From Candidatus Cloacimonadales bacterium (GTDB lineage Bacteria > Cloacimonadota > Cloacimonadia > Cloacimonadales > JAIOQZ01), in assembly GCA_963662655.2 (NCBI GenBank), contig CAXXTU010000002.1, forward strand, positions 2,208,001-2,272,000: 64,000 nucleotides of DNA. The letters are read 5' to 3'. Positions within the stretch are counted from its first letter, which is position 1, and each line of letters opens with the position of its first letter. Below are positions 1-9,574 of the stretch, piece by piece. Position numbers and translations under genes: made by a program. The notes under the pieces were generated by a model. The model was not told where the DNA came from. It saw nothing but the letters and a program-made list of their open reading frames with translations, and ran no database searches.

Positions 1-521
1 GTATTGCGGCTTCTTTCCCTGCCCCGAACGTGCGGTACGATGCAATAGGAACAGAAGTTGTCGCAACCGCGCATGATCGTAACAAAAGCGTTGTTATGAC
101 CACCGCGTACCGGAATCATGTTCTCGTAGTTCTCGGATTCGTGGAAGTCAGTGTTCACCCGCACGCCATAGTTTCCGAGCATGCGGATCATGATCGGCAG
201 CATTCGATACTGGTCAACGCCGGCGACGAGATCGAGGCCGGGAATCATTTCCAGAAGCTTGTCTCCATGCCGCTGCGCCACGCATCCGATCATGATGAAG
301 ATCAGGTTGGGATTCTCCCTCTTGCGCGCAAGTTCACTGGTGAGGCGACCGATCACACGGTCTTCGGCGTGTTGCCGGACCGTACATGTATTGAAGATTA
401 TGATATCGGCGTGATGAATTGAACTGACAGGCCTGAAGCCTTCCCGTTTCAGGATGCCGCTAACGGTCTCCGAATCGGCCACATTCATCTGACAGCCATA
501 AGTTTCGATAAAGTAATTCAA
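1..521 (-). CDS. miaB: tRNA-2-methylthio-N6-dimethylallyladenosine synthase MiaB (5' part; runs off the window start)
   Basis: Hand translation of the minus strand from TTG at 521: NYFIETYGCQMNVADSE...NTCTVRQHAE...GCVAQ...RGCDNFCSYCIVPHVRGRERSR. This has the UPF0004 and radical SAM CxxxCxxC motifs. AGGA lies upstream. Not in the ORF track. Confidence 0.93.
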   Translation of the reverse strand, partial: MNYFIETYGCQMNVADSETVSGILKREGFRPVSSIHHADIIIFNTCTVRQHAEDRVIGRLTSELARKRENPNLIFIMIGCVAQRHGDKLLEMIPGLDLVAGVDQYRMLPIMIRMLGNYGVRVNTDFHESENYENMIPVRGGHNNAFVTIMRGCDNFCSYCIVPHVRGRERSRN

Positions 522-657
522 AGCGATTCCTTCTTCCGTATATTTCCATTATAGATAGAACGAGAAACAAGCCTGAAAAGGAATTTGTCAATCAAATCCA
601 ACGATTTCTTTTGACATCGAACAATACATGATAAAAATCGATAGATAATAATGATTC

Positions 658-1260
658 ATGCAAGGAAACCAAATGGACACAAGAAGAAGACCTAATCAAG
701 GCCTGAAGAAGCCCAAACGCTCCAACAGCAAGTATGCTTGGATATCCATATCCGCGATGGTCGTTTTTTTGGCGATCATGACGGTATTGTATATGAGATT
801 GACCGCGAAGACGAAAGTAGAGCAGGAACCGCAGGATGCGAAAAAGTATTCGGTGCATACAGCGCCAGAAATTCAGTTCAGGAAAGACGGTACGCTACAG
901 TTCAAGAATGACGAAGGTTTTGTAAAATCCGAGATCGAGATCGAAATTGTCTCAACCGAGATTTCTCGCATGAGAGGCTTGATGTTTCGTAAAGAGATGC
1001 AGGAGAATCGAGGGATGCTTTTCATCTTCCCATCCGAAGACGAGCGTTCATTCTGGATGAAGAACACCATTATTCCGCTCGACATCATCTTCACGGATAA
1101 CGGGGGCAAAATCGTTTATATCGCACGCAATACCACACCCTTCAGCGAAGAGATGATCCCCTGCCCGGATCCGGCGATCTTCGTGGTTGAGGTCAACGCA
1201 GGATTTGCGGAGCGAAACGATATCAAAGCCGGAGACTTCATTTCCTGGGTGGAAGAATAA
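658..1260 (+). CDS. DUF192 family membrane-anchored protein
   Basis: N-terminal TM helix followed by RGLMFR...GMLFIF...FWMKNT.IPLDIIF...VVEVNAG, the DUF192 pattern. The start could be 673. Confidence 0.85.
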   Translation: MQGNQMDTRRRPNQGLKKPKRSNSKYAWISISAMVVFLAIMTVLYMRLTAKTKVEQEPQDAKKYSVHTAPEIQFRKDGTLQFKNDEGFVKSEIEIEIVSTEISRMRGLMFRKEMQENRGMLFIFPSEDERSFWMKNTIIPLDIIFTDNGGKIVYIARNTTPFSEEMIPCPDPAIFVVEVNAGFAERNDIKAGDFISWVEE

Positions 1261-1285
1261 AAAAAAGCCCGGCATAACCGGGCTT
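1261..1285 (-). terminator. Intrinsic terminator between convergent genes
   Basis: AAGCCCGG-cataa-CCGGGCTT hairpin with an A-run on its left (U-run on the minus strand). Confidence 0.7.
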
Positions 1286-1305
1286 GCAAATCAGTAAGAA
1301 AACCT

Positions 1306-1800
1306 TTATTCATCAAGAAATTCTTTGATCGATTCCACTTGCTCTTGCAGATCCTTAATTCCATTTCTTGCAACGGTCAATTCCAGACGAATCGTGTCCT
1401 GATAATTCAAGAAGCTTCCTGAACCTGCTACAGGAACAAACCAGCTATAGCGATATGTTTGCAGATAGGCAGGATAGGAAAATCCCTTTTGAAGAAGCGT
1501 TATCGGCTGAATTCCCTCAAAGCCTTCCGGTGGATTCAATCGCTCGTATTTTATCTTGATTTCATCGCCTTCTTTCACATCGATTGCAGTGCGATATACT
1601 TTATCGACTCGCGCTACAACATCGACATTGCAATATTCACCAGGCTCACAGTCTTCAGCCTTCACGGAAATGACGGTGATATCATACTTTTCTGGAGCAA
1701 TATCCTGCGCTTCAAGAAATTGCATGGGCGGTATTTCTGCGGTTAACGCACCGATTGCTACGATCATCAACAACATGCAGGTCCAGATTCTCAGGCTCAT
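1306..1800 (-). CDS. Hypothetical exported protein with a C-terminal coiled coil
   Basis: AGGAGG RBS before ATG 1800 and a signal-peptide-like N-terminus (MSLRIWTCMLLMIVAIGALTA). Confidence 0.7.
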   Translation of the reverse strand: MSLRIWTCMLLMIVAIGALTAEIPPMQFLEAQDIAPEKYDITVISVKAEDCEPGEYCNVDVVARVDKVYRTAIDVKEGDEIKIKYERLNPPEGFEGIQPITLLQKGFSYPAYLQTYRYSWFVPVAGSGSFLNYQDTIRLELTVARNGIKDLQEQVESIKEFLDE

Positions 1801-1926
1801 AAATCCTCCTATAACAAACATTCATTAATAAAATACCCCCATCCGTTCTGTCGTCAAGCAAATAATTCAACTTTTCAGTATTTATCGGATTTACGACTCA
1901 CTCGTGATGGATTTTCCGCCAGTCCG

Positions 1927-2153
1927 GAGCGCTTTGCACGTTCCGCGGCGGGACGGTGCATGCGCTAAGCTTCTGCGCTCGGAAGTCTCAATATAATGTG
2001 GTCTTCCACGTTGAAAAGAGAGACAGGGCATAGATGCCAAGCCGGTAAGCCACTTGCATTACAGCGAAGCATTCTGGGCCGCTCGACCCCCCAGACGGGT
2101 AGCACCCCGTTTTCAACGGGAATGAACCCGTCTGTGGGGTCAACCGACGCCAG
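1927..2153. repeat. Composite of degenerate intergenic elements (partial family A end, degenerate family B on +, B-like hairpin on -)
   Basis: 1944-1970 on the minus strand reads GCTTAGC..CACCGTCCCGCCGCG, like the family A 3' end. 2022-2052 GACAGGGCATAGATGCCAAGCCGGTAAGCCA resembles the family B 3' arm. 2074-2153 is a long hairpin. Confidence 0.6.
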
Positions 2154-3348
2154 ACTGTCTCCGCTTCGCAGACAGTTTCAGCGTCTTATAATCAAGGATG
2201 CCGTGATTGAGAATGATGTCTTGCAGGAATGATGTCAGCTTCCTGTTTCCAAGAAGCTTCATCAGCTCATCGCTTTCAGCAAGATAAATTAGCTTTCTTT
2301 CAAGCTCCAATTGCGTTGCTTTACGCTTGCGATAGAGGTATCGTTTTTCTTCATCCAGCCAGGAAGCGTAACGCTTGAACGCGAGTTTCAGTCGCTGTAC
2401 GTTGATGCCCCTCACTTTAAACAGTTCGATCATGTGTGATAGTAGAACGTAGACCGAATCGTACGCAGGCATCATGTCACGGTAAACTTGGTGGGGGATC
2501 ATATTCGGGAAGCTGAATTGGGTTGACAGGCTGTTCATCCTGCCGTAAATAATGGATGCTTGGGATTTTACCATGTTACCGGAAGCCCTTTCTTCCTTGT
2601 ATAGATTTCGGTAGGCTTCGACAAGATGAGGGTAGTGAGTCTTGACAACGCTCATGTAACAATCTTTCTGGACTCCGGGACGTAGCGTCAGGCCGGAGGA
2701 CAGGACGAAATCGACGTCGAGCTCTTGCATTTTCGTGTAGAAATCAATCAGGTTATCTTCCGTGTCGCTGATGTGTGGGAGAAAGGGCATAGCGCTTATT
2801 CCTACAACGCAACCAGCTTCCTTGAATGTCTGGATCATTCTGACGCGGTCTTCGACGCTGGATGCGTTTGGCTCGAAGTGCTGCCGAATCCGATCGTCCA
2901 GCGTGGTCAACGAGACCATCAGAATGAACCTGCTCTGCTCGTTTACGCGCCTCCAGTTGTCGAGGTCGCGTATTGCAAGGGCAGATTTAGTCATTACGGC
3001 TACGGGGTGATTGTATTCCGCCAGCAATTTGGATGCCTTCGACATGAGGCGGCATTGTTCCTCGATCGGCTGATAGGGGTCCGTCACGCCACTGCTGAGG
3101 AAGAGAATCCCGCGCTCTTTCAGCTTTGGAAGCTCAATCTCAAGCCTCTCGACGAAGTTGGTACGGACGACGATGTCTCTCTCGAAGTCGCCCTCCACGT
3201 AATACTTCTCTGCTCTGCCGTCGCAATACATGCAGGCGTGCTGGCAGGCCCGGTAGGGCGCGCACGAATGCTTAATGAGAAAATATGTGTCGATGGTTCG
3301 ACTACGCCGAAGAAGATTCTTTACTTCACAGTATCTCGGATTGATCAT
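2140..3348 (-). CDS. Radical SAM protein, SplB-like/Rv2578c-type
   Basis: PYRACQHACMYC (CxxxCxxC), TDPYQPIE, TKS, and SLTTLD...FEPNASS motifs. Confidence 0.85.
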   Translation of the reverse strand: MINPRYCEVKNLLRRSRTIDTYFLIKHSCAPYRACQHACMYCDGRAEKYYVEGDFERDIVVRTNFVERLEIELPKLKERGILFLSSGVTDPYQPIEEQCRLMSKASKLLAEYNHPVAVMTKSALAIRDLDNWRRVNEQSRFILMVSLTTLDDRIRQHFEPNASSVEDRVRMIQTFKEAGCVVGISAMPFLPHISDTEDNLIDFYTKMQELDVDFVLSSGLTLRPGVQKDCYMSVVKTHYPHLVEAYRNLYKEERASGNMVKSQASIIYGRMNSLSTQFSFPNMIPHQVYRDMMPAYDSVYVLLSHMIELFKVRGINVQRLKLAFKRYASWLDEEKRYLYRKRKATQLELERKLIYLAESDELMKLLGNRKLTSFLQDIILNHGILDYKTLKLSAKRRQSGVG

Positions 3349-3354
3349 GCGACT

Positions 3355-4452
3355 CTATTCGATTCCCATGTACTCCAACGCATGATTGAAGGTGTCTGGA
3401 TTGATTTGGTGGCCGCCGTCAAAGGTGTCTAGTCTGTGATCGATAGCATGTTTCTCGAGCGCTTCTGCCGCCTTATAGGCTGATTCGACCGATATGACAT
3501 TGTCATGTTCACCGTGGCCGATGAATACACGCAGGTTTTTGGCATCGGGTAGATGCGACTCAACAATGTCCATGAACATCTCGCCACCAAAACTGATAAG
3601 TCCCGTAAACCGTTCGGGATGGGTGATTCCGGTCACGTAGGTCAGAATGCAACCTTGCGAGAATCCCATGAGGAATACTTGATTGATGGCGTATTTCGTC
3701 CTCACTTCATCGAGAACATTCAGAACATGGTCTATTGAAAGCTCGGTGGACCGCAAAAATGATTCATCGTTATCACTCAAACCCCACAGAGACCAGCTAT
3801 AGCCTATTTTCTCACCAACCTTAAGCGGGTATGGGGCTTCCGGAACCACATAAATTACCTGCCTGTTTCTCAGAAGATTCCAGAGCTTCGCGAAGCCGGC
3901 AATATCACCACCATAACCGTGCAGTCCGATTATCAATGGATATTGCCTTTCTGCTGAATAGCCTTCAGGAAGAAAAACCTGATACTCCAGGAGACTGGAT
4001 GCCTCAAGATAGGATTTCTGTCCCGTGAGTGGTTTCTTCTGATTATCCCAGGTTTGTAGAGAATCCATAATGGCTGCAAATTTCTCACTCTCTCGCACCT
4101 TCTCGAAATCCGGGTCGTTTTTGATATGCTGAATATTGCGGAATCCCGCCATATATGCTTTTTCAAGATAGATCGACGCGAGTTCTCCATTCCCCATCAG
4201 ACCAAAGCAGCATGCCAGGTTGTAAAGAGAATTATCGTCTTCGATATTGTATTTCAATGCCGCAAGGTAACAAGCGGCGGATTTATCATATTGTCCGGCC
4301 TGGTAGGCTTGATGAGCTTCCAGCCTTAAGCTGTCGATGTTCACATTGAATATCTCCGCGTTGCCGATATCGAATGGATCGGGAAGCGGCTGTGCCGCAA
4401 GTGAACAGAACGCAACGATCATCATGACTAAAAGAATAGTGGTTACTCTCAT
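3355..4452 (-). CDS. Exported TPR plus alpha/beta-hydrolase (phospholipase/carboxylesterase family)
   Basis: Signal peptide; TPR-like YNLACCFGLMG...DPDFEKVR; LHGYG oxyanion motif; GFSQG nucleophile; HGEHD and GGH triad residues. Confidence 0.85.
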   Translation of the reverse strand: MRVTTILLVMMIVAFCSLAAQPLPDPFDIGNAEIFNVNIDSLRLEAHQAYQAGQYDKSAACYLAALKYNIEDDNSLYNLACCFGLMGNGELASIYLEKAYMAGFRNIQHIKNDPDFEKVRESEKFAAIMDSLQTWDNQKKPLTGQKSYLEASSLLEYQVFLPEGYSAERQYPLIIGLHGYGGDIAGFAKLWNLLRNRQVIYVVPEAPYPLKVGEKIGYSWSLWGLSDNDESFLRSTELSIDHVLNVLDEVRTKYAINQVFLMGFSQGCILTYVTGITHPERFTGLISFGGEMFMDIVESHLPDAKNLRVFIGHGEHDNVISVESAYKAAEALEKHAIDHRLDTFDGGHQINPDTFNHALEYMGIE

Positions 4453-4692
4453 GGGCTCTCCTTTTTCTTTGATCCTATCAAGCGGGGTGAAATGTCAATA
4501 AAAAAAAGGAAAGCAAACAGTATCTACAGCCGCAAAAGAAGAATCGACAGGATACGCTTATCGGGGTGCTCCGATCCCAGTTAAGCTTAAACGGTTTTTG
4601 TTTGAAATGCCAAAAATCATTTGCCTGTTTTTTCCTTGACAAACAACCAGAAAGTGCAAAATAAGCGTATATCTTAACAAAGGAGTCAAACC

Positions 4693-4863
4693 ATGGCAGT
4701 GAAAGTTGACCTTGGAAAGTGCATTGGGTGCGGTGCTTGCATCGATACATGCCCCGTAAGCGCGCTTGAAATGGATGGCGATAAAGTTAAAGTCGACGAA
4801 GATACTTGCGTTGATTGTGGCGCATGCGTCGATGGATGTCCAGTAGAAGCTTTAGCTTTGTAA
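4693..4863 (+). CDS. 2[4Fe-4S] clostridial-type ferredoxin (56 aa)
   Basis: [56 protein letters not shown] has two CxxCxxCxxxCP motifs. AAGGAG RBS upstream. Below the ORF-track size cutoff. Confidence 0.95.
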   Translation: MAVKVDLGKCIGCGACIDTCPVSALEMDGDKVKVDEDTCVDCGACVDGCPVEALAL

Positions 4864-4879
4864 TTTAAAACACTTTTCT

Positions 4880-4910
4880 TAAGGCAGGGCATTTGCTCTG
4901 CCTTTTTTTT
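4880..4910 (+). terminator. Intrinsic terminator of the ferredoxin gene
   Basis: AAGGCAGGGCA / TGCTCTGCCTT hairpin followed by a T8 run. Confidence 0.85.
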
Positions 4911-4990
4911 GTGAAATCCCCGCCAATTCATACGATTTTCCGATTGAAGAATCCCCCATGAATCGTCAAAGCGGAAATGGTAATACAACG

Positions 4991-5067
4991 CTGGTTTACC
5001 GGTTTGGCATTTTCGCCCGATCGCGCGCTCCTTGCGTAGGCGGCAGGTTATCGGACGCGATTCCTTT
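4991..5067 (-). repeat. Family B element, short degenerate copy
   Basis: The minus strand reads GATCGGGCGAAAATGCCAAACCGGTAAACCAG, one mismatch to the 16-nt 3' box. The 5' arm is degenerate (CGTCCGAT). Confidence 0.6.
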
Positions 5068-5068
5068 C

Positions 5069-6274
5069 TTATTCGCCCATCATCTTCAGCAGCTCAGAGT
5101 ATAGTGATTCCAGGCCTTTGCGTTTCGCATCATTGATCGAGTGTTGCGAGTATGCCTCGATCTCTTTGGGCGTCCATCGCCGTAAGATTTTCCCATTCTT
5201 CTCGCGTAATGTGAACTCGCCTTGCACCGTTACCCAGAATCCCGGGAACTCGCTACGTTTTAAGGGGTCTCCCTCGACCACTCCCCGCGGGAATTCAGTT
5301 TCACGAACATCGATGTCGAGGCAATGCGTCGCTTCATCCAGATTTGATGCCGGCAGGAATCCCTGACTGTAACAGCTGGTCTTGATCGCTTCGAGAACGT
5401 CCTTTTCGGGGGAGATGAACAGCCGGGCGGAGGCGAGTCTTTCGACCTCGAACAAACCTGATATGCCGGATATGTTCTTCTCAATAATTTCCTTGGCCAA
5501 CGTGGGGAAGGGGCTGAAATCAATCTTCCAGCCAACCCGGTAAGAATTCTTCGTATCGGGCTCGAAGAGCGAAACATCACCGTTCAGGTCGGATGTTATC
5601 TTCTTTCCGTTAACAGTGAACCGTATTCCCTGCATCGGGATATTGCGCCCGTCCTCAGAACGATAGTAAATACGCAGCTTTCCGTCAAGCGGTTCCCCCT
5701 CGGGCAGTGCAATGGAACGAGGCTCCGTTATGGCAACGCGATGAAGGAACGCCGCCATCGTCTCAACCATTTTGGCCAGGGTAGAATCCGTGGGTGACGC
5801 AGGCAGGGGAATCGAGACCGCGGCGCTCAAAGCTTGGAGATACTCGTTCAGGGCAGTTGTGGGATTTACGATGCCTTTCCGACCTTGCCGGAAGTGGATT
5901 GATACATCCTTGATCATTGGTTGGGAAATCTGTTGCAAGGCCATCTCCACATCATTCCGGTTGACAGACAATACGGCATTGTCCCGATCGCCGGGATGAT
6001 AGAACTTGTGGGGCAGCGAGTCGATAAAATGTTTGGGAAGAATGATATTCGGCTCGACCTGTATCGGGATCAACAGAGGATACAGGTTTTGCGAACAAAG
6101 CAATCGAATGTGCATGAGCATGAAACTGCGCGCATACTCGAATTGGATTGCCGGATTACGTTCGTGAATTGTTACCCGTATCGAATCGGGCGTTGAAAGG
6201 TTCTCATAGAGCTCCATCGCGATGACGTTCATGCACAAAGCGAGAATGAGCAAGATGAGAGTCAGTCTTCTCAT
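5069..6274 (-). CDS. Hypothetical exported protein
   Basis: 401-aa ORF with a signal peptide. Its start overlaps the upstream stop (ATGA). Confidence 0.7.
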   Translation of the reverse strand: MRRLTLILLILALCMNVIAMELYENLSTPDSIRVTIHERNPAIQFEYARSFMLMHIRLLCSQNLYPLLIPIQVEPNIILPKHFIDSLPHKFYHPGDRDNAVLSVNRNDVEMALQQISQPMIKDVSIHFRQGRKGIVNPTTALNEYLQALSAAVSIPLPASPTDSTLAKMVETMAAFLHRVAITEPRSIALPEGEPLDGKLRIYYRSEDGRNIPMQGIRFTVNGKKITSDLNGDVSLFEPDTKNSYRVGWKIDFSPFPTLAKEIIEKNISGISGLFEVERLASARLFISPEKDVLEAIKTSCYSQGFLPASNLDEATHCLDIDVRETEFPRGVVEGDPLKRSEFPGFWVTVQGEFTLREKNGKILRRWTPKEIEAYSQHSINDAKRKGLESLYSELLKMMGE

Positions 6275-8460
6275 GAGAGGTTAAGAGAGAATCTCTCCGT
6301 AAGGACGTCGGATATGTATTCGACTGGCTTCTCGATGATTCCTTCCAGGTGATCGCTGAAGAAGAAATTGCCTTGCTCATACTTGATCAGGATCACCTCG
6401 TTGAGGTTCTGGTACGATTCGTCGATGTTCCCCGAAACCTTGTGGATGCTGAGGGTGTCGCCCTCGCTCAGTCGAACGAACTCGGTATTCATCAGCGATT
6501 GCACGTATTCTCTCCGGTCGGGATCGTCCATGAGCTTCTTGTCGAGAACCTTCTGCATTCGGAAGAAATGGCTGTTCTGGAAATGCTTGAGCGAGAATAG
6601 CGCTTCTCCGGCGATGTTGAAGTATTCGACGTTTTCGAGCTTCTCCGAAGTCATTCGATCGTCGCTGCCGTTGACAAAGGTTCCGTTCGTGCTGTTCAAA
6701 TCTTTGAGGATTCCGCTCGTGAAATCCATTTCGAGGTGGTTGCCGGAAATCCACTCGCTCAGGAGGATCACGTCGTTATCTTGATTTCTGCCGAATCGTA
6801 GCGTGTTCTGAGTGAAAATAACATAGTTGCGCAGACTGAATTTATCGAGGATCACCATACGCAGCTGAGTTGCCTCGGAGGCTTCCGTAATGGAGACGCT
6901 TCGCTTGAGCCGGGAAGCGGTTCTGCGGAATTCATCCAGTTCCGGAGTATGGAAATCGGTTGTGATGTTGACGGCGTGCTCGTATTGCTCGACGAGTCTT
7001 TGCAGATCGGTATTCCCCGATTCGCCTTCATCGAGTTGATCGAGGCGCGCTTGCAATTTACGGAGCTCCCGGAGTTTGTTGATGAGCTTCTTCTTCTGCT
7101 GCTGGAAGGTCTCGATGCGCTCGATATCCGCGATTTTCATCAGGAAATCGAGTATGTCATCGAACGCCTCGATGATGTGCTTGTCCGTCTGGGCCGCCTC
7201 GAGTTTGTCCTGCAAGCTTCGCTCGAAAAACGTATCCAGATCTTCGCGGATCTGCGAGCGCATCTCCGAGAGCTTGTCCTTGATATATTCGGAGATGGAA
7301 TCGTCATCCACCTTTTCGCTTAGATGAAGGTAGAACGCGATCATCTCCTCGATTTTCCCGTCGTCGTCTTCCACGTTGATCATGCGGTTGAATATCTTGT
7401 AGTAGTCCATCAAGTCGCGTCGGTAGACATTCGAAAGCGCTTTCTCGAATCGTTCCGAGATGTCGCTCAGGGACGGCTTGAGGGTCTTCATCTCAATGTA
7501 GTCGGAATCGACGAGATGATGGAAGCTTCTGATCTTGTGGTAGAGGGATATCAGCTTGCGCGTGTCGTTAATTTCACGGGGCAGGGAGAGGTATTTGTAC
7601 ATCTGAATCAGCTCGGGGTAGTCCTCGTTGATGAATTTCATGAACGCGTCGTATCGCTCCTTCTGGTTGATGAAATCGCGATACCTCTTGGCGTAAACGT
7701 ACTGTCGCAGTGGCTGGTAGATGGTCTCGAAATCTCCCACGATAGCGATAAGCTTATGCAGGGAAGGCTCTTTTTTCTTTTCTTCCTGCTCGTAGAGCTT
7801 GCGCGTGTTGAGGAATACTTCTTCCATCTTTGTCCGCAAGAAGCTGACAATGTGTTCGAGCAGCTTCGGATTTTTTCGCAGGGAGAACTCGTGCAATTGC
7901 AGGATTCCTTTCAGGCGCACTGCGATGGTAGGCGTGATGTCTTCCACGGGCGTGTTGAGCATGTTTTCGACAATGTCCTTTACCTCTTCCTGCTGCATGA
8001 ACTGGTTCAGGATGTTGTAATAACCGGTTGCGAGGCGTTTGTTCATCTCCGCGAGCGCGGCGATGGCCTGCTGGATATCGGCAAGATGATTTGTTCTTCG
8101 GGATTCGTCGTGGATGGTCTCTTCCAGGAAATCCAGGATCGTATTGAAGTAGGAACTCTCGACTTTCTCTTTCAGGGAATAGACGCTTTCATCTTTCATC
8201 CGGCTGCTTTCCATCCGGAATTCGCACCGATAGATATTGAAGAGGGACGAGACGAGGTAATTCAAGCGCTCGAGGCCGTAGTAGGAGGTCGATGTGTTGT
8301 AGTGCCGATAGGCGGTGCTGAGCCAGTCGCGGTTCGTTGCCGCCGTACCGATGACCATGTTGATGACTTTCTTTGCATTGTTCCAGCGTTCAACGTGGCT
8401 TGCAACATCGTTCTTCGCTTTCTTTTTCAAATCGGAAATCCGGTAAATTTGATTTCGCAT
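6271..8460 (-). CDS. Long helical/coiled-coil protein with a C-terminal FHA domain
   Basis: FGRNQDNDVIL...ISGNH...LKDLNSTNGTFVNG carries the FHA G-R, S-x-x-H and S-x-N-G-T residues. GGAG precedes ATG 8460. Confidence 0.85.
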   Translation of the reverse strand: MRNQIYRISDLKKKAKNDVASHVERWNNAKKVINMVIGTAATNRDWLSTAYRHYNTSTSYYGLERLNYLVSSLFNIYRCEFRMESSRMKDESVYSLKEKVESSYFNTILDFLEETIHDESRRTNHLADIQQAIAALAEMNKRLATGYYNILNQFMQQEEVKDIVENMLNTPVEDITPTIAVRLKGILQLHEFSLRKNPKLLEHIVSFLRTKMEEVFLNTRKLYEQEEKKKEPSLHKLIAIVGDFETIYQPLRQYVYAKRYRDFINQKERYDAFMKFINEDYPELIQMYKYLSLPREINDTRKLISLYHKIRSFHHLVDSDYIEMKTLKPSLSDISERFEKALSNVYRRDLMDYYKIFNRMINVEDDDGKIEEMIAFYLHLSEKVDDDSISEYIKDKLSEMRSQIREDLDTFFERSLQDKLEAAQTDKHIIEAFDDILDFLMKIADIERIETFQQQKKKLINKLRELRKLQARLDQLDEGESGNTDLQRLVEQYEHAVNITTDFHTPELDEFRRTASRLKRSVSITEASEATQLRMVILDKFSLRNYVIFTQNTLRFGRNQDNDVILLSEWISGNHLEMDFTSGILKDLNSTNGTFVNGSDDRMTSEKLENVEYFNIAGEALFSLKHFQNSHFFRMQKVLDKKLMDDPDRREYVQSLMNTEFVRLSEGDTLSIHKVSGNIDESYQNLNEVILIKYEQGNFFFSDHLEGIIEKPVEYISDVLTERFSLNLS

Positions 8461-8481
8461 CGATCGCTCCACTTACAGAAT

Positions 8482-9117
8482 TTACAGGAAAAACTGCCAC
8501 GCGATAACGAGCAGGTTTTCGAGGAGAAAACCTGCGCTCAGCCATCCGGCATAATATCCTCGCGTAACACGGTTGGCAATGAACAGCGCGAGAAAGGACG
8601 CACCGAGATTGATCAGGAAAAACCAGACGGGCGGTTCATCGGTGTGAGACAGGAGGAAACTCGATTTCAGGTAGACTTCTCCCGTTTCGATTTTATCAAT
8701 GGTTTCCTTCACGCTCAGCTCGTATCGTTTTTTGAACATTCTCGTGTTCTGACGAAGCATAACTTCGCTAATGATCAACCATTTTGCTGGAATGAATACG
8801 CCGATTTCGGGTGTTTTCCCGTTATCATATATCCGATTCTGCTGTTCCATGTTTTCTTTGAATAATTTATGCAGATTCAGGTGATCCACCAGCTTGAATT
8901 CTTGCGCAGCCGATATCCGGACTGCCAACCGGGCATCGAAGGCACGGCCTATATCGTTCTCGGCGGGAGAAAATCTCAATACTTCACCCATCGGGATTTT
9001 CTGGCGCATCTCTGAATAAGCGCGCTCCACCGCCTGATCTATCAGCTGTTCGACGACATCTACAGCGTGGATGTACGACACAATGAGTGCAAAAAAAACG
9101 ATGATGTATTTCTTCAT
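8482..9117 (-). CDS. Hypothetical exported protein with C-terminal membrane helices (weakly CsgG-like)
   Basis: Signal peptide MKKYIIVFFALIVSYIHA; FKLVDH.NL.KLFKE...EIG pattern; two terminal hydrophobic segments. Confidence 0.6.
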   Translation of the reverse strand: MKKYIIVFFALIVSYIHAVDVVEQLIDQAVERAYSEMRQKIPMGEVLRFSPAENDIGRAFDARLAVRISAAQEFKLVDHLNLHKLFKENMEQQNRIYDNGKTPEIGVFIPAKWLIISEVMLRQNTRMFKKRYELSVKETIDKIETGEVYLKSSFLLSHTDEPPVWFFLINLGASFLALFIANRVTRGYYAGWLSAGFLLENLLVIAWQFFL

Positions 9118-9361
9118 TACCGTAACCAGTTTTTGTTTGAATAATTGCCGGGTAACCCACATGCTGTCAAATACTTTCATGTTCGACACTATCCAATCCG
9201 CCTAAAAAACGATAAAAAAAATGGAAATAAATGGTTGTCAATAGATAGTCGTACGATTTATTTGGTATTATTGATTGCCAGCTGTTGCAGATGTTGTATT
9301 ATATTATTGAAGCAATTAGGGATGATTCCACACACAGAAATCTGAATTTCGGAGTAAAAGC

Positions 9362-9571
9362 ATGGAAAAAGTACGTGTTAAGAAGAAACGTCATAAGGGC
9401 AAACATCGTCATCATTCTCATTCTGACCACGTCAACGATGCGTTTCATATCAACAAGTCACGCTATCAAGCTGAGCGATTAATCGATTCCGCGGGAAAGC
9501 TGATCGCATTTTTCGTGGGAGTCGGATTTGTTTTCTTCGTGCTTTACATCATTTTACAATTTATCAAATAA
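9362..9571 (+). CDS. Small Lys/His-rich protein with a C-terminal TM helix
   Basis: GGAG RBS; KKKRHKGKHRHHSHSDH N-terminus; hydrophobic C-terminus. Confidence 0.65.
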   Translation: MEKVRVKKKRHKGKHRHHSHSDHVNDAFHINKSRYQAERLIDSAGKLIAFFVGVGFVFFVLYIILQFIK

Positions 9572-9574
9572 CTT

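Noticed and set aside
30..422. 130-aa plus-strand ORF
   Set aside because: Antisense shadow of miaB, whose motifs are clear on the minus strand.
638..655. TCGATAGATAATAATGAT resembling the candidate Rex operator
   Set aside because: Only one half-site matches, and the flanking genes are not obvious redox targets.
4478..4988. Minus-strand ORFs of 90 and 100 aa
   Set aside because: They overlap the ferredoxin gene and its promoter region and have no motifs.
7324..8865. 513-aa plus-strand ORF
   Set aside because: Antisense to the FHA gene and its neighbour; consistent with a codon-bias shadow and has no motif.
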